From Rickettsiales bacterium (lineage in GTDB: Bacteria > Pseudomonadota > Alphaproteobacteria > Rickettsiales > UBA1997), in the NCBI GenBank assembly GCA_947487845.1, contig CANKYC010000002.1, positions 1 through 34,718 on the forward strand: 34,718 bases of DNA. The letters run 5' to 3'. Under the pieces are notes generated by a model, which saw only the letters and a program-made list of their open reading frames with translations, did no database searches and had not been told where the DNA came from. Shown here in pieces: positions 9,659-17,994 of this stretch. The translations under genes were made by a program, and so were the position numbers. Positions within the stretch are counted from its first letter, which is position 1. Each line of letters starts with the position of its first letter.

Positions 9659-10642
9659 ATGAAAAAAATTTTAATCACTGGTGGCGCTGGATATATCGGC
9701 TCACAAACTTCTAAATTGCTAGCGTTGGATGGTTATGAACCGGTTTGTTTTGATAATCTTTCTACAGGACATGCTGAATTTGTAAAATGGGGGCCTCTGG
9801 AAATTGGCGATTTGCATGATTGCTCGAAGATTACCAAAATTATTAAACATTATCAGCCAATTTGCGTTATACATTTTGCTGGCAATTCCTATGTTGGTGA
9901 ATCAATTTCTAATCCACAAAAATATTACCACAATAATGTCGGTGGCACTTTGTCACTTTTAAATGCGATGCAAAATGCAAACTCGAAAAACCTTATTTTC
10001 TCCAGCAGTTGTACAACTTATGGCGTTTGCGACGGAGTGAAAATTGACGAAACGACAATACAAAAACCGATTAATCCTTATGGCAAAAGTAAGTTGATGG
10101 TTGAAAAAATTCTTTTTGATCTAGCTAATCAAGGAAAATTATCTCAAATTACTTTGCGTTATTTTAATGCCGCCGGAGCAGACAAAGACTGTGAAATCGG
10201 CGCCAAACACAATCCAGAAACTCGACTCATTCCTTTGGCAATAAATTCTGCCAAAAATGGAGTTGAATTAGAAATTTTTGGCACCGATTTTTCAACAAAA
10301 GACAAAACTGCAATTAGAGATTATGTACATGTCGAAGATCTGGGAAGGGCTCATATTCTAGCTATGAAGCTTTTATTATCTAAAAATATTAATTCTGATT
10401 TTATTAATCTAGGCAGCGGAATTGGAAGTTCAGTTTTAGAAATAATCAACAATTTAAAAAAACTCGGACTTACCGTAAATAGTCGCAACATGCCGCGCCG
10501 CATTGGCGATCCGGCTAGTCTGGTTGCCGATATTTCAAAGGCAAAAAAAGTTTTAAATTGGGAGCCGAATTATAATATTACAGAAATTTTGCAGTCGGCA
10601 ATTTTGTGGAATGAACGTCAATTAAATCTTAAAAAACATTAA
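9659..10642 (+). CDS. galE: UDP-glucose 4-epimerase.
   Basis: 327-aa ORF with ILITGGAGYIGS, the catalytic YGKSK, RYFNAAGA and the DYVHVEDL pattern of GalE. Confidence 0.88.
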   Translation: MKKILITGGAGYIGSQTSKLLALDGYEPVCFDNLSTGHAEFVKWGPLEIGDLHDCSKITKIIKHYQPICVIHFAGNSYVGESISNPQKYYHNNVGGTLSLLNAMQNANSKNLIFSSSCTTYGVCDGVKIDETTIQKPINPYGKSKLMVEKILFDLANQGKLSQITLRYFNAAGADKDCEIGAKHNPETRLIPLAINSAKNGVELEIFGTDFSTKDKTAIRDYVHVEDLGRAHILAMKLLLSKNINSDFINLGSGIGSSVLEIINNLKKLGLTVNSRNMPRRIGDPASLVADISKAKKVLNWEPNYNITEILQSAILWNERQLNLKKH

Positions 10643-12415
10643 ATTAGAATCAGCTGAAAACAATGGCAACTCTTGGGATATCTGCTTTAATTGTTTAGTA
10701 AATTGTCTTACCTCTGACCAACTAAATTTTTCTGCCATTATTTTTTGGTTTAGGTAAATTCCGCTAAATCCCTTACTTTTAATTTCAAAAATAAAATCTT
10801 CAAAATTCATTTTCACAACTTCATGCTGCCATAAATTGCTTGGGCGACCCGCAATTGCAGGATAAGACCAGCGCAAATTCTTTGAATGTAAATATCCTCC
10901 CAACAAATCATAAGGTTCAGCATTTTCTGGAAAATCTATAACTGGAAGCACAAAAATCATCGCATCTTTTGGCATTGTAGATTCGATTTTTTGCACAAAA
11001 TCACGATCAGAAATAAATGCGCTTTTTACTTTTTCACTTTGGGGAATTGACGCCGAAACCTTTCCCACTTGATCAAAAATTGCTAATGTCGAAATTATTA
11101 AAATAGCAATTTTAGCAAAAAGTTTTTTCTTCTTAACCGCTTTGTCAAAAATAATTGCCATTATAAATAATGAAAAAAATGCGATAAAAATTGAAAAGCG
11201 TGCGTGGCTACGAATTAACGGAAAAGGAATTACAACGAACATCACAAAACCGCCAATTGTGGCAAATAAAACTGACAATAAATTTAAACCCGCCAAATTT
11301 GAAATTAGGTTTTGGTCATTTTCATTTAAGGAATATTTCTTGATCGTTTTTTGAAAAACCGATTTTTCACCAGCATGATTTTGGGCAAATAACCATAATA
11401 TTAAAAATAAAAAACCTGTTGAAGCAAGAATGCCAAGGCTTTCTGATCCTTGTTCAAAATTTTTCAAAGATATTTCGTCAAAAAGAAAGCGCAGGTTTCG
11501 CAAATAGTCGATGTAATGATTGGCAACCGGTAAAAATAAATTAATGATTTTTAAACCGTAATATTCGCTTTCAATTGGATCCCTATTTACAACGCTTGCG
11601 TTTCCTCCATTGTGAAACCAATAAATAAATGACGGCAAACAAAGCAAGAAAAGCATAAAAATTATTATGCCACAAAGCGCGACCGAGGAAGGAATATTGC
11701 TGATAAAATTATCTTTTTTTAAATTACGCAAAAACCAAGCAAAAATAAAAATTACTATCGCATATAAAGCGTAATAAATGCCATTGGCGGCGATAAAACA
11801 ACAATAAGAAGCGGCAATAAAAAACGAGGGATTTAGTGCAAAGCAAAGTTGATTTTTTTTATTGCAAGAAATTATCTGAATTTTATCGGTTATGATCCAA
11901 AGCGCCAACATTACAATCAGTGGAATTGCCATGTAATTTGACAAAAAAACATGTGTCTCATTGCGTGAAAAATGATAGGGGGTAAAGGCATATAAAACAC
12001 TCACGATTATCGCGCTGAAAACCGATATTTTAAAACTACGCAGAACCGCAAAAGACGAAGCCGAAATTAAGGCAAAACTGGAAATAAAAAAACAATTTAT
12101 GACCCAAAATGGACTAGAGGAAAAAAGTGTAAAAAACTTGACGACTAGAAAATGTATTGAGTCAGTCTGAAGCGGAAAATCATAAAGATTAAATTTCCCG
12201 AGCGATTGAGGAAATCCGATATAATCATTAGTTAAAAACCAGCGATTATCAATCACACTTTTCATTTCAAAAATGCAAAAAAGCGTATCACCAGAATAAT
12301 CGAAAATCGGTAAGTTTAAATCAATTTTCCAAATCTGAAAAAGAATGGCAAAAATTAACAAAGATAAAACTGGAGCGGCGCTATATTGAAGAATATTTTT
12401 TAAAAGCTTATTCAT
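10622..12415 (-). CDS. Large polytopic membrane protein with a C-terminal extracytoplasmic domain; candidate GT-C-fold (YfhO-like) glycosyltransferase.
   Basis: 597-aa ORF with more than 10 hydrophobic helices. An N-terminal loop (DYSGDTLFCIFEMKSVIDNRWFLTNDYIGFP) resembles the first external loop of YfhO-type proteins. There is a soluble tail of about 130 aa. The function call is inference only. Confidence 0.4.
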   Translation of the reverse strand: MNKLLKNILQYSAAPVLSLLIFAILFQIWKIDLNLPIFDYSGDTLFCIFEMKSVIDNRWFLTNDYIGFPQSLGKFNLYDFPLQTDSIHFLVVKFFTLFSSSPFWVINCFFISSFALISASSFAVLRSFKISVFSAIIVSVLYAFTPYHFSRNETHVFLSNYMAIPLIVMLALWIITDKIQIISCNKKNQLCFALNPSFFIAASYCCFIAANGIYYALYAIVIFIFAWFLRNLKKDNFISNIPSSVALCGIIIFMLFLLCLPSFIYWFHNGGNASVVNRDPIESEYYGLKIINLFLPVANHYIDYLRNLRFLFDEISLKNFEQGSESLGILASTGFLFLILWLFAQNHAGEKSVFQKTIKKYSLNENDQNLISNLAGLNLLSVLFATIGGFVMFVVIPFPLIRSHARFSIFIAFFSLFIMAIIFDKAVKKKKLFAKIAILIISTLAIFDQVGKVSASIPQSEKVKSAFISDRDFVQKIESTMPKDAMIFVLPVIDFPENAEPYDLLGGYLHSKNLRWSYPAIAGRPSNLWQHEVVKMNFEDFIFEIKSKGFSGIYLNQKIMAEKFSWSEVRQFTKQLKQISQELPLFSADSNLMFFKI

Positions 12416-12488
12416 TTAATTTTCACTTTTTTTAATTTGTGTAATCCATGGACATCCTACAACCATAGCATGTAACTTGGTTTTTATT

Positions 12489-12640
12489 ATGGCGCTGTCG
12501 CGTAAATCAACTTTTTCGTCGAACTTTTCGCAATTCTAAATTTTTTGAAACGCACGTACATCTAAGGTACGTTTACCTTTCAAAAAATTTAGAATCACAA
12601 AAATTTCTTAGAAAAATTTGATTTACGCAACAGCGCCATT
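12489..12640. repeat. AT-rich imperfect palindrome, element B (about 152 bp).
   Basis: The left arm atggcgctgtcgcgtaaatcaa...ttctaaattttttgaaa pairs with the complement of the right arm ...tttcaaaaaatttagaa...ttgatttacgcaacagcgccat. The centre is acgtac-atctaag-gtacgt. Confidence 0.8.
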
Positions 12641-12674
12641 ATTTCTAGCCTCGTGTTAACTATCAATAGATTGC

Positions 12675-12802
12675 GCCAAACAAACTATCTTTTGATAACT
12701 ACTAAATTCGTCCCTTTGGTACAAATTTGTTCGCCTTATCAGTCGCAATTTTTCCTCAAAAATCCTTTGCCAAAAACTATAAAAAGATAGTTTTTTTGGT
12801 AT
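12675..12802. repeat. AT-rich palindromic element, family A copy 2 (inverted relative to copy 1, with a central deletion).
   Basis: The reverse complement cataccaaaaaaactatctttttatag...ggatttttgaggaaaaattgcgactga...gaacaaatttgtaccaaagggacgaatttag...atcaaaagatagtttgtttgg aligns along its length with 2025-2186. The right end overlaps the last 8 codons and stop of the GT-C gene. Confidence 0.8.
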
Positions 12803-14396
12803 GTATCTTGGTAAGTTCTAGTTTTTTTAGAACATAGAGCGATTTCTTATCGTCTTGCTTAATCAAGTTGTAATTCTGATTCAGAAATTGGCAGGAATTA
12901 TAAGCCTCCAAAGTAGATACTCCGATTATTTTTAAATATATTCCGTGGTTACTATAATCGGTTAATTCTTGGCAAAAATATTTAGGGTAAAAAAAGACGA
13001 TAAAAGAACTGTCGCTTGGCATTTTATTTACAAGTAGCATTGGTGATTCTGGTTGATATTTTACAGTCATGGCAAAAATTTTTGTATCATATTTTTGCAT
13101 CAGATCAAGAATGTCTGCCGTATTATTCCCAATATTTTTCTGATAGAGATTATAGTGATTTACAGTTTCAAAATTACGGTCACAGAGAATTAACGCCAAA
13201 GCTACAATCAATGTTTTTAATCTTCCTACTGAGAATGAAATTAGAGAAGAAGTGTTTTTGAAAATGATGTAAAAGGCGAATGGCATAAAACCTTCTAACA
13301 TTCGATAGCCGCCGATTTCGTATAAAACAGTGATTGCAATCAGCAAAATTGCGTAGAAGAAAAATATGCAAAATGATTTAGATAATTTCCATGACTGTGG
13401 CGAGAGGATCAGCCATATTTTTAATCTTAGAAAATAGAAAAAAAATGCGACCAGTGAAATTAAGAATAGGTAAAACTGCGGCATAAAAAAGGGGTCGGTA
13501 AAGCTATATGCAACGCGTGTCAAATTATTTGCTACTTTGCTTAATAACAATTGGTAATCGATCTTAAGATCAAGATAGCATGGTTCCATGCGGTCTCTTT
13601 GGAAATAAAATAAATCCAAATTCTGGTAGCAATATTGGTAAACGGCATATGGAAGTAAAATACAGGCGATAAGAAAAATTAATAATTGCCATTTACCTTC
13701 TTTTTTATCCTCTTCTTCTTCTCTAAACCTTTCTGGTAGTAGGCGATAAAGCAAACAAAAGACTGGAATCAAAATATAAAAATTACGCGCCAATATCAAA
13801 ACGGTAATCGCCAAAAAGTAACAAAGAATTAATAAAAAACTGTCACGTCTTTTGGAATATAAACCAAGGTAAAAACATAAAGTAGCAAGCGCAGGACAAA
13901 ATATTTCTTTTCCCGTGTCCAAGGCATAGATAAATAGTGGCGAGAAAAAAAATGCACTCAAACAAATTGCTAAAGATTTTTTGCGGGTGACGTAGTTTTG
14001 TAAAATAAGATGAGACGAATAAAGAAAAACGACGCAAAGCAGAAATTGCGAAATTAGCGCAACAAAAAATTGGTTATTATAAATGTAAAAAAATCCGGAA
14101 AGAAAGATGGGGTATATAGGGAAGTGATAAGGCTTGATTTTATTTAAATCATAATTTACTTGGGCAATTTGATCAAATGCGAAATCTAAAATCGCCCCAG
14201 AAATACTATGCAAACTTGATTTGTCGTAAATTCTTTGAGCAATACTAAGATATTGCCAAGAATCATTGTCAATCATTAGGGGATTGGCTTCAGAGACAAA
14301 TGAAAGAATACCAAGAACCGCCAACACAAAAGCAGATATTATTACTAAATCCCAATAGGAATTGGCAAAAAATTTATTTTTGAGTTTTGTGGTCAT
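12777..14396 (-). CDS. Polytopic membrane protein, GT-C-like (ArnT/PMT-type) glycosyltransferase candidate.
   Basis: The ORF 12777..14474 is probably over-extended. The ATG at 14396 gives MTTKLKNKFFANSYWDLVIISAFVLAVLG (signal anchor). The first loop, DNDSWQYLSIAQRIY, resembles the acidic D-x-x-Y-x-x-x-A motif of GT-C enzymes. There are many TM helices. Confidence 0.5.
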   Translation of the reverse strand: MTTKLKNKFFANSYWDLVIISAFVLAVLGILSFVSEANPLMIDNDSWQYLSIAQRIYDKSSLHSISGAILDFAFDQIAQVNYDLNKIKPYHFPIYPIFLSGFFYIYNNQFFVALISQFLLCVVFLYSSHLILQNYVTRKKSLAICLSAFFFSPLFIYALDTGKEIFCPALATLCFYLGLYSKRRDSFLLILCYFLAITVLILARNFYILIPVFCLLYRLLPERFREEEEDKKEGKWQLLIFLIACILLPYAVYQYCYQNLDLFYFQRDRMEPCYLDLKIDYQLLLSKVANNLTRVAYSFTDPFFMPQFYLFLISLVAFFFYFLRLKIWLILSPQSWKLSKSFCIFFFYAILLIAITVLYEIGGYRMLEGFMPFAFYIIFKNTSSLISFSVGRLKTLIVALALILCDRNFETVNHYNLYQKNIGNNTADILDLMQKYDTKIFAMTVKYQPESPMLLVNKMPSDSSFIVFFYPKYFCQELTDYSNHGIYLKIIGVSTLEAYNSCQFLNQNYNLIKQDDKKSLYVLKKLELTKIHTKKTIFL

Positions 14397-15315
14397 GCTT
14401 CTGATAAATGCCTTCAATAATTGTATAAGGACGAGGCTTAATTTCGGTAAATATTTTCGCCAGATAGATTGCAATCACGCCAAGACTCATGGTAATGACT
14501 CCAGCGACAAACCATAGCGAAACCATAATTGACGACCATCCTTCGATACTGACTGACTGAAAGAATTTTTTATAAAGTAGGCAAAATCCGAAGACAGCGG
14601 AACAAGAAGAGATGAGGATTCCGAGATAAAAAATATAGTAAAGAGGCTTGGAACTGAAGGAAGTTATGGAATCAACTGCCAAAGAAACTCGGCGCAAAAA
14701 GTTGTAACTTCTTTCACCTTTGCGGCTGGTTTTTTTAATAAAAATATATGATTGCTTAAAGCCATTTAAAGCCTTGATTCCTGCGAGATAAACTCCTTGC
14801 TCGCGATACTTCACCAATGATTCGACATATCTTTTGCTCATCAGTGACGAGGTGCATAAATTTTTGGCAATTTTCTGATTTGATAAAAAATTAAAAACTG
14901 GATAGAATAATCCATCAAATTTTTTTTCGATTAAGCCGCCCTTTCTAGCCTTAATTACAGAGTTGATGCAGTCATCGCCACCTTGAATAATTTTTTGGTA
15001 GAATTTTTCTAATTCTTCCGGCTGCTCTTCCAAATCACAATCAATTGTGAATATATAGTCTCCCTGCGCATGTTCCATGCCCGTCATAATTGCTTTGTGA
15101 TGGCCAAAATTTCGTGATAGGTTAATCAACTTACTCTTCTCATCTTGATTAATAATCTCTCTTAACACCCTTAAAGATTCATCCGGACAACCGTCATTTA
15201 CAAAAATAATTTCGTAATCATCGGTAATTTTTTTTACCGCATTACTCATGCGCAAATGAAACTCTCTCAAAAATTCTGTTGATTTGTAAGTGGTTGTTAC
15301 GATCGATAATTTCAT
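14374..15315 (-). CDS. GT2 polyprenyl-phosphate glycosyltransferase (ArnC/GtrB/DPM1-like).
   Basis: 313-aa ORF with LSIVTTTYKS...YEIIFVNDGCPDES...SRNFGHHKAIMTGMEHAQGDYIFTIDCDLEEQPE and two C-terminal TM helices, the typical architecture of this family. Confidence 0.8.
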   Translation of the reverse strand: MKLSIVTTTYKSTEFLREFHLRMSNAVKKITDDYEIIFVNDGCPDESLRVLREIINQDEKSKLINLSRNFGHHKAIMTGMEHAQGDYIFTIDCDLEEQPEELEKFYQKIIQGGDDCINSVIKARKGGLIEKKFDGLFYPVFNFLSNQKIAKNLCTSSLMSKRYVESLVKYREQGVYLAGIKALNGFKQSYIFIKKTSRKGERSYNFLRRVSLAVDSITSFSSKPLYYIFYLGILISSCSAVFGFCLLYKKFFQSVSIEGWSSIMVSLWFVAGVITMSLGVIAIYLAKIFTEIKPRPYTIIEGIYQKHDHKTQK

Positions 15316-15320
15316 ATTTA

Positions 15321-16253
15321 TTAGTCAGCTTCTTTATTAATTATGTTATTTTTTAAAACTATCCGACCCATGCCATCAATATCTTCTCTGGTTTTTTCTA
15401 AAGCCATTTTTCCTTTGATAACTGAATTTGCAAAATCAATTCCGACGGGATTTTTATTTTTTGGATTTTTTGCCAGAAGCAAGCGCACTGAAATTCTTGG
15501 ATTGTCTTTTTCTGTCGGTTTCGTGCCATGAAGCAAAAATGAATTCCACATCGCACAATAGCCAACAGAACCAGTCATTAATTGGGCTTCACATTGTATA
15601 GAATTTCTTTCGTCATCTTCATAAATATATTTTTTATCACTAATTTTTTTTAATTTATGAGGAAAAGTTGTCGCCCCAAGCAAGTGAGATTTTGGAATAA
15701 TGTGTAAAGGTGATTCTTTGCTAGAAACGTCATGAAGATAAATGTAGCAAGTGATAAATGTTGATGGATCAAGTTCGGAGCGGTTTTTTGGCCAATCTAT
15801 TAAATCTTGGTGATAATCAATTCCGCGAAAATAAGTAATATCTCGATATTGTGGCTTTATGTAAATTCCTAAATTTGCAATATTAGCGCCAGAAATTTTT
15901 TCTAAAACCCACTGAGGCAACCAAGATTCCGGAACGGCGCAAACAAGCTTGTTAATCACGATTTCATAATCATCACCGATCATAAGTTTAATGGCAGCGA
16001 GCAGTTCCTTATTAGAAAAAATAAAATCATTTTTTAATTCTTCGAATAAGGAAAATCTTTTTTTTGGATTCACGCCCCAATGAGAATTGACGTTTTTATA
16101 CTCCTCTTCTGTAATAAAAATATCTTTCCCAAACTCTCTTTTTGAATAAAGTTCTCTTAGCATTTCAGCGCAATCTTGCGCCTTGAAAATATTGCCAAAA
16201 ATATAGATTCCGTCTGCTTGAAAAGATTTTACGATGTCGGAGCGAGAATGCAT
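15321..16253 (-). CDS. Fe(II)/2-oxoglutarate dioxygenase, phytanoyl-CoA dioxygenase (PhyH) family.
   Basis: 310-aa ORF with an HxD facial-triad motif in GIDYHQDLIDW, a distal His in WNSFLLHGTKP and a downstream Arg in PRISVRLL. Confidence 0.65.
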   Translation of the reverse strand: MHSRSDIVKSFQADGIYIFGNIFKAQDCAEMLRELYSKREFGKDIFITEEEYKNVNSHWGVNPKKRFSLFEELKNDFIFSNKELLAAIKLMIGDDYEIVINKLVCAVPESWLPQWVLEKISGANIANLGIYIKPQYRDITYFRGIDYHQDLIDWPKNRSELDPSTFITCYIYLHDVSSKESPLHIIPKSHLLGATTFPHKLKKISDKKYIYEDDERNSIQCEAQLMTGSVGYCAMWNSFLLHGTKPTEKDNPRISVRLLLAKNPKNKNPVGIDFANSVIKGKMALEKTREDIDGMGRIVLKNNIINKEAD

Positions 16254-16254
16254 A

Positions 16255-16791
16255 TTATCGAGATTTATTGAGATATTCTTCTTGCAAAATCGACATGATT
16301 ATTACGTTCTTATATTCGCCATTTTTGAATAATTCTTGGCGCAAAATCCCATCTTTTTTAAAACCATATCTTTGATGAAAAGTTATAACTTTTTTGTTAT
16401 CTTCTATTACTTTGCACCATAATTTATTCAGGTTAAGATGCAGGAAAGAGTAGTCTAAAATCAACTTTTCAACTTGAGATCCTGCATTGCTTATCTTGGC
16501 TTTTTTATCAATAAAAAATCTGCTAAATTCACAATTTTTATTACGATAATCGATATTGATTAAAGAGACGGTTCCGATTGGACGATTGCCTTCATTTAGC
16601 GCAATGACATAATTAAATTCAGTGCTAGTTCTGGTATATTTTTCCCACCAAGCCTTTTGCATCTCTTGACTGTAAGGCTCAAATTCACCAAAAAAATTGT
16701 AATTTTCAGGATTGGGGCGGATTGTCATCAAAAAATCGAGATCGCTCGGTTCATAATAACGCAAATGCAATATTTCATTTTTTAGAAACAT
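16255..16791 (-). CDS. GNAT-family N-acetyltransferase (WecD/PseH/RimL-like).
   Basis: The ORF opens with TTG at 16800; the ATG at 16791 (MFLKNEILHLRYYEPSDLDFL) is more likely. The acetyl-CoA motif region HQRYGFKKDGILRQ is present. It lies directly downstream of a WecE-like aminotransferase. Confidence 0.7.
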   Translation of the reverse strand: MFLKNEILHLRYYEPSDLDFLMTIRPNPENYNFFGEFEPYSQEMQKAWWEKYTRTSTEFNYVIALNEGNRPIGTVSLINIDYRNKNCEFSRFFIDKKAKISNAGSQVEKLILDYSFLHLNLNKLWCKVIEDNKKVITFHQRYGFKKDGILRQELFKNGEYKNVIIMSILQEEYLNKSR

Positions 16792-16812
16792 GTTTAGCAA
16801 ATATAAGATTAA

Positions 16813-17970
16813 TTAAGTTGAGAATTTTTTAAAAAATTCTTTGATATTTGTGGTTACTTTTTGGCATTCGCTTTCCCTCAAAGAATGAAATATAGGCAAT
16901 CGTAAAATTCTTTCAGAATGGCTCGTAGTATATCTATCATCGCCAACAAATTCCCCAAATTGCTTTCCGATTTTTGTAGAATGAAGCGGAATATAATGAA
17001 AAACCGCTAAGATATTTTGCTGCATTAAAAAAGTAATCAGCTGGCTTCTTTGTTCCATAGTTTTTGTTTTGATCCAAAATATGTGAGCGTTGTTCTCATT
17101 GCGCTGCGGAATATTTTGAACATCAATAATTCCTGCTTTCTCGAGCTCCAGCAATTCACTTTTATAAAAATTCCAGATCTTGAGCCTTGCGGCTTTTACT
17201 TCAGCTAGTTTCTGTAATTGATAAAATAAAAATGCAGCGCTGATTTCACTCATCATGTAATGACCGCCAATGCTAAACCAAGAATATTTATCAACCAAAC
17301 CAAGAAGGAATTTGGATCGATTAGTGCCTTTTTCCCTTAGTATTTGAGAATCCTCAATAAATTCAGGATTATTAATTATCAGGCATCCGCCCTCACCAGC
17401 AGAGGTAATATTTTTAGTTTCATGAAATGATATTGTAGCTAAATCACCAAAACTGCCGAGCGGCTTATTATCAAAGCTCGCATCTATCGATTGCGCCGCA
17501 TCTTCGATCAAAAAAATTTGATGGCGATCGCAAACCTGACGCAAAATATTTAAATCAGAACTAATACCGCCATAATTTACCGCGATGATTGCTGCGGTAT
17601 TGGGAGTAATTGCCGCTAAAACCAAAGACTCGTCAATATTCATGCTATCAGGCTTCACATCGACGAACTTAATGCGAAATCCAAACTTGGCAAAACTATT
17701 GGCCGTAGAAACAAAAGTATAACTCGGCATTATCACTTCTGGAGCCTGAGATTTAGAGCGAGATTTTAATATCAAGGCGCACATTTCAAGGGCTGACGTA
17801 CATGAGTTTGTAAGAAAAACTTTTGCAAAACCATATCGCTCTTCCAAAAATTTTTCGCAAGATTTGGTAAATTCTCCGTTTCCCGAAATGTGTAGAAAAT
17901 TATTCTCAAACTTTTCCGTCAAAAAAGTTAATTCTTCCCCTAAAAATAAAGGCTTATTAAATGGTATCAT
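16813..17970 (-). CDS. DegT/DnrJ/EryC1-family sugar aminotransferase, WecE (dTDP-4-keto-6-deoxyhexose 4-aminotransferase)-like.
   Basis: 385-aa ORF. It begins MIPFNKPLFLGEELTFL and has the PLP-lysine context ISFHETKNITSAGEGGCLIIN, both very close to the pattern I recall for E. coli WecE. Confidence 0.8.
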   Translation of the reverse strand: MIPFNKPLFLGEELTFLTEKFENNFLHISGNGEFTKSCEKFLEERYGFAKVFLTNSCTSALEMCALILKSRSKSQAPEVIMPSYTFVSTANSFAKFGFRIKFVDVKPDSMNIDESLVLAAITPNTAAIIAVNYGGISSDLNILRQVCDRHQIFLIEDAAQSIDASFDNKPLGSFGDLATISFHETKNITSAGEGGCLIINNPEFIEDSQILREKGTNRSKFLLGLVDKYSWFSIGGHYMMSEISAAFLFYQLQKLAEVKAARLKIWNFYKSELLELEKAGIIDVQNIPQRNENNAHIFWIKTKTMEQRSQLITFLMQQNILAVFHYIPLHSTKIGKQFGEFVGDDRYTTSHSERILRLPIFHSLRESECQKVTTNIKEFFKKFST

Positions 17971-17994
17971 TTTCTCTTTTTTCTAAAATTAGAT

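Noticed and set aside
10622-10642. Tail-to-tail gene overlaps or abutments as functional antisense regulation. Cases: galE with the membrane protein (21 nt overlap), the photolyase with the orphan membrane protein (0 nt gap), and FTR1 with hemB (6 nt gap).
   Set aside because: These are consistent with general genome compaction and the absence of intrinsic terminators. There is no specific evidence for regulation.
14397-14474. The longer N-termini offered by the ORF track for 12777..14474, and likewise for 22982..23734, 6749..8236, 4631..4939 and 16255..16800.
   Set aside because: Each extension overlaps the preceding gene or starts at a non-ATG codon. An in-frame ATG just past the upstream stop gives a sensible N-terminus in each case: a signal anchor, or a canonical family start.
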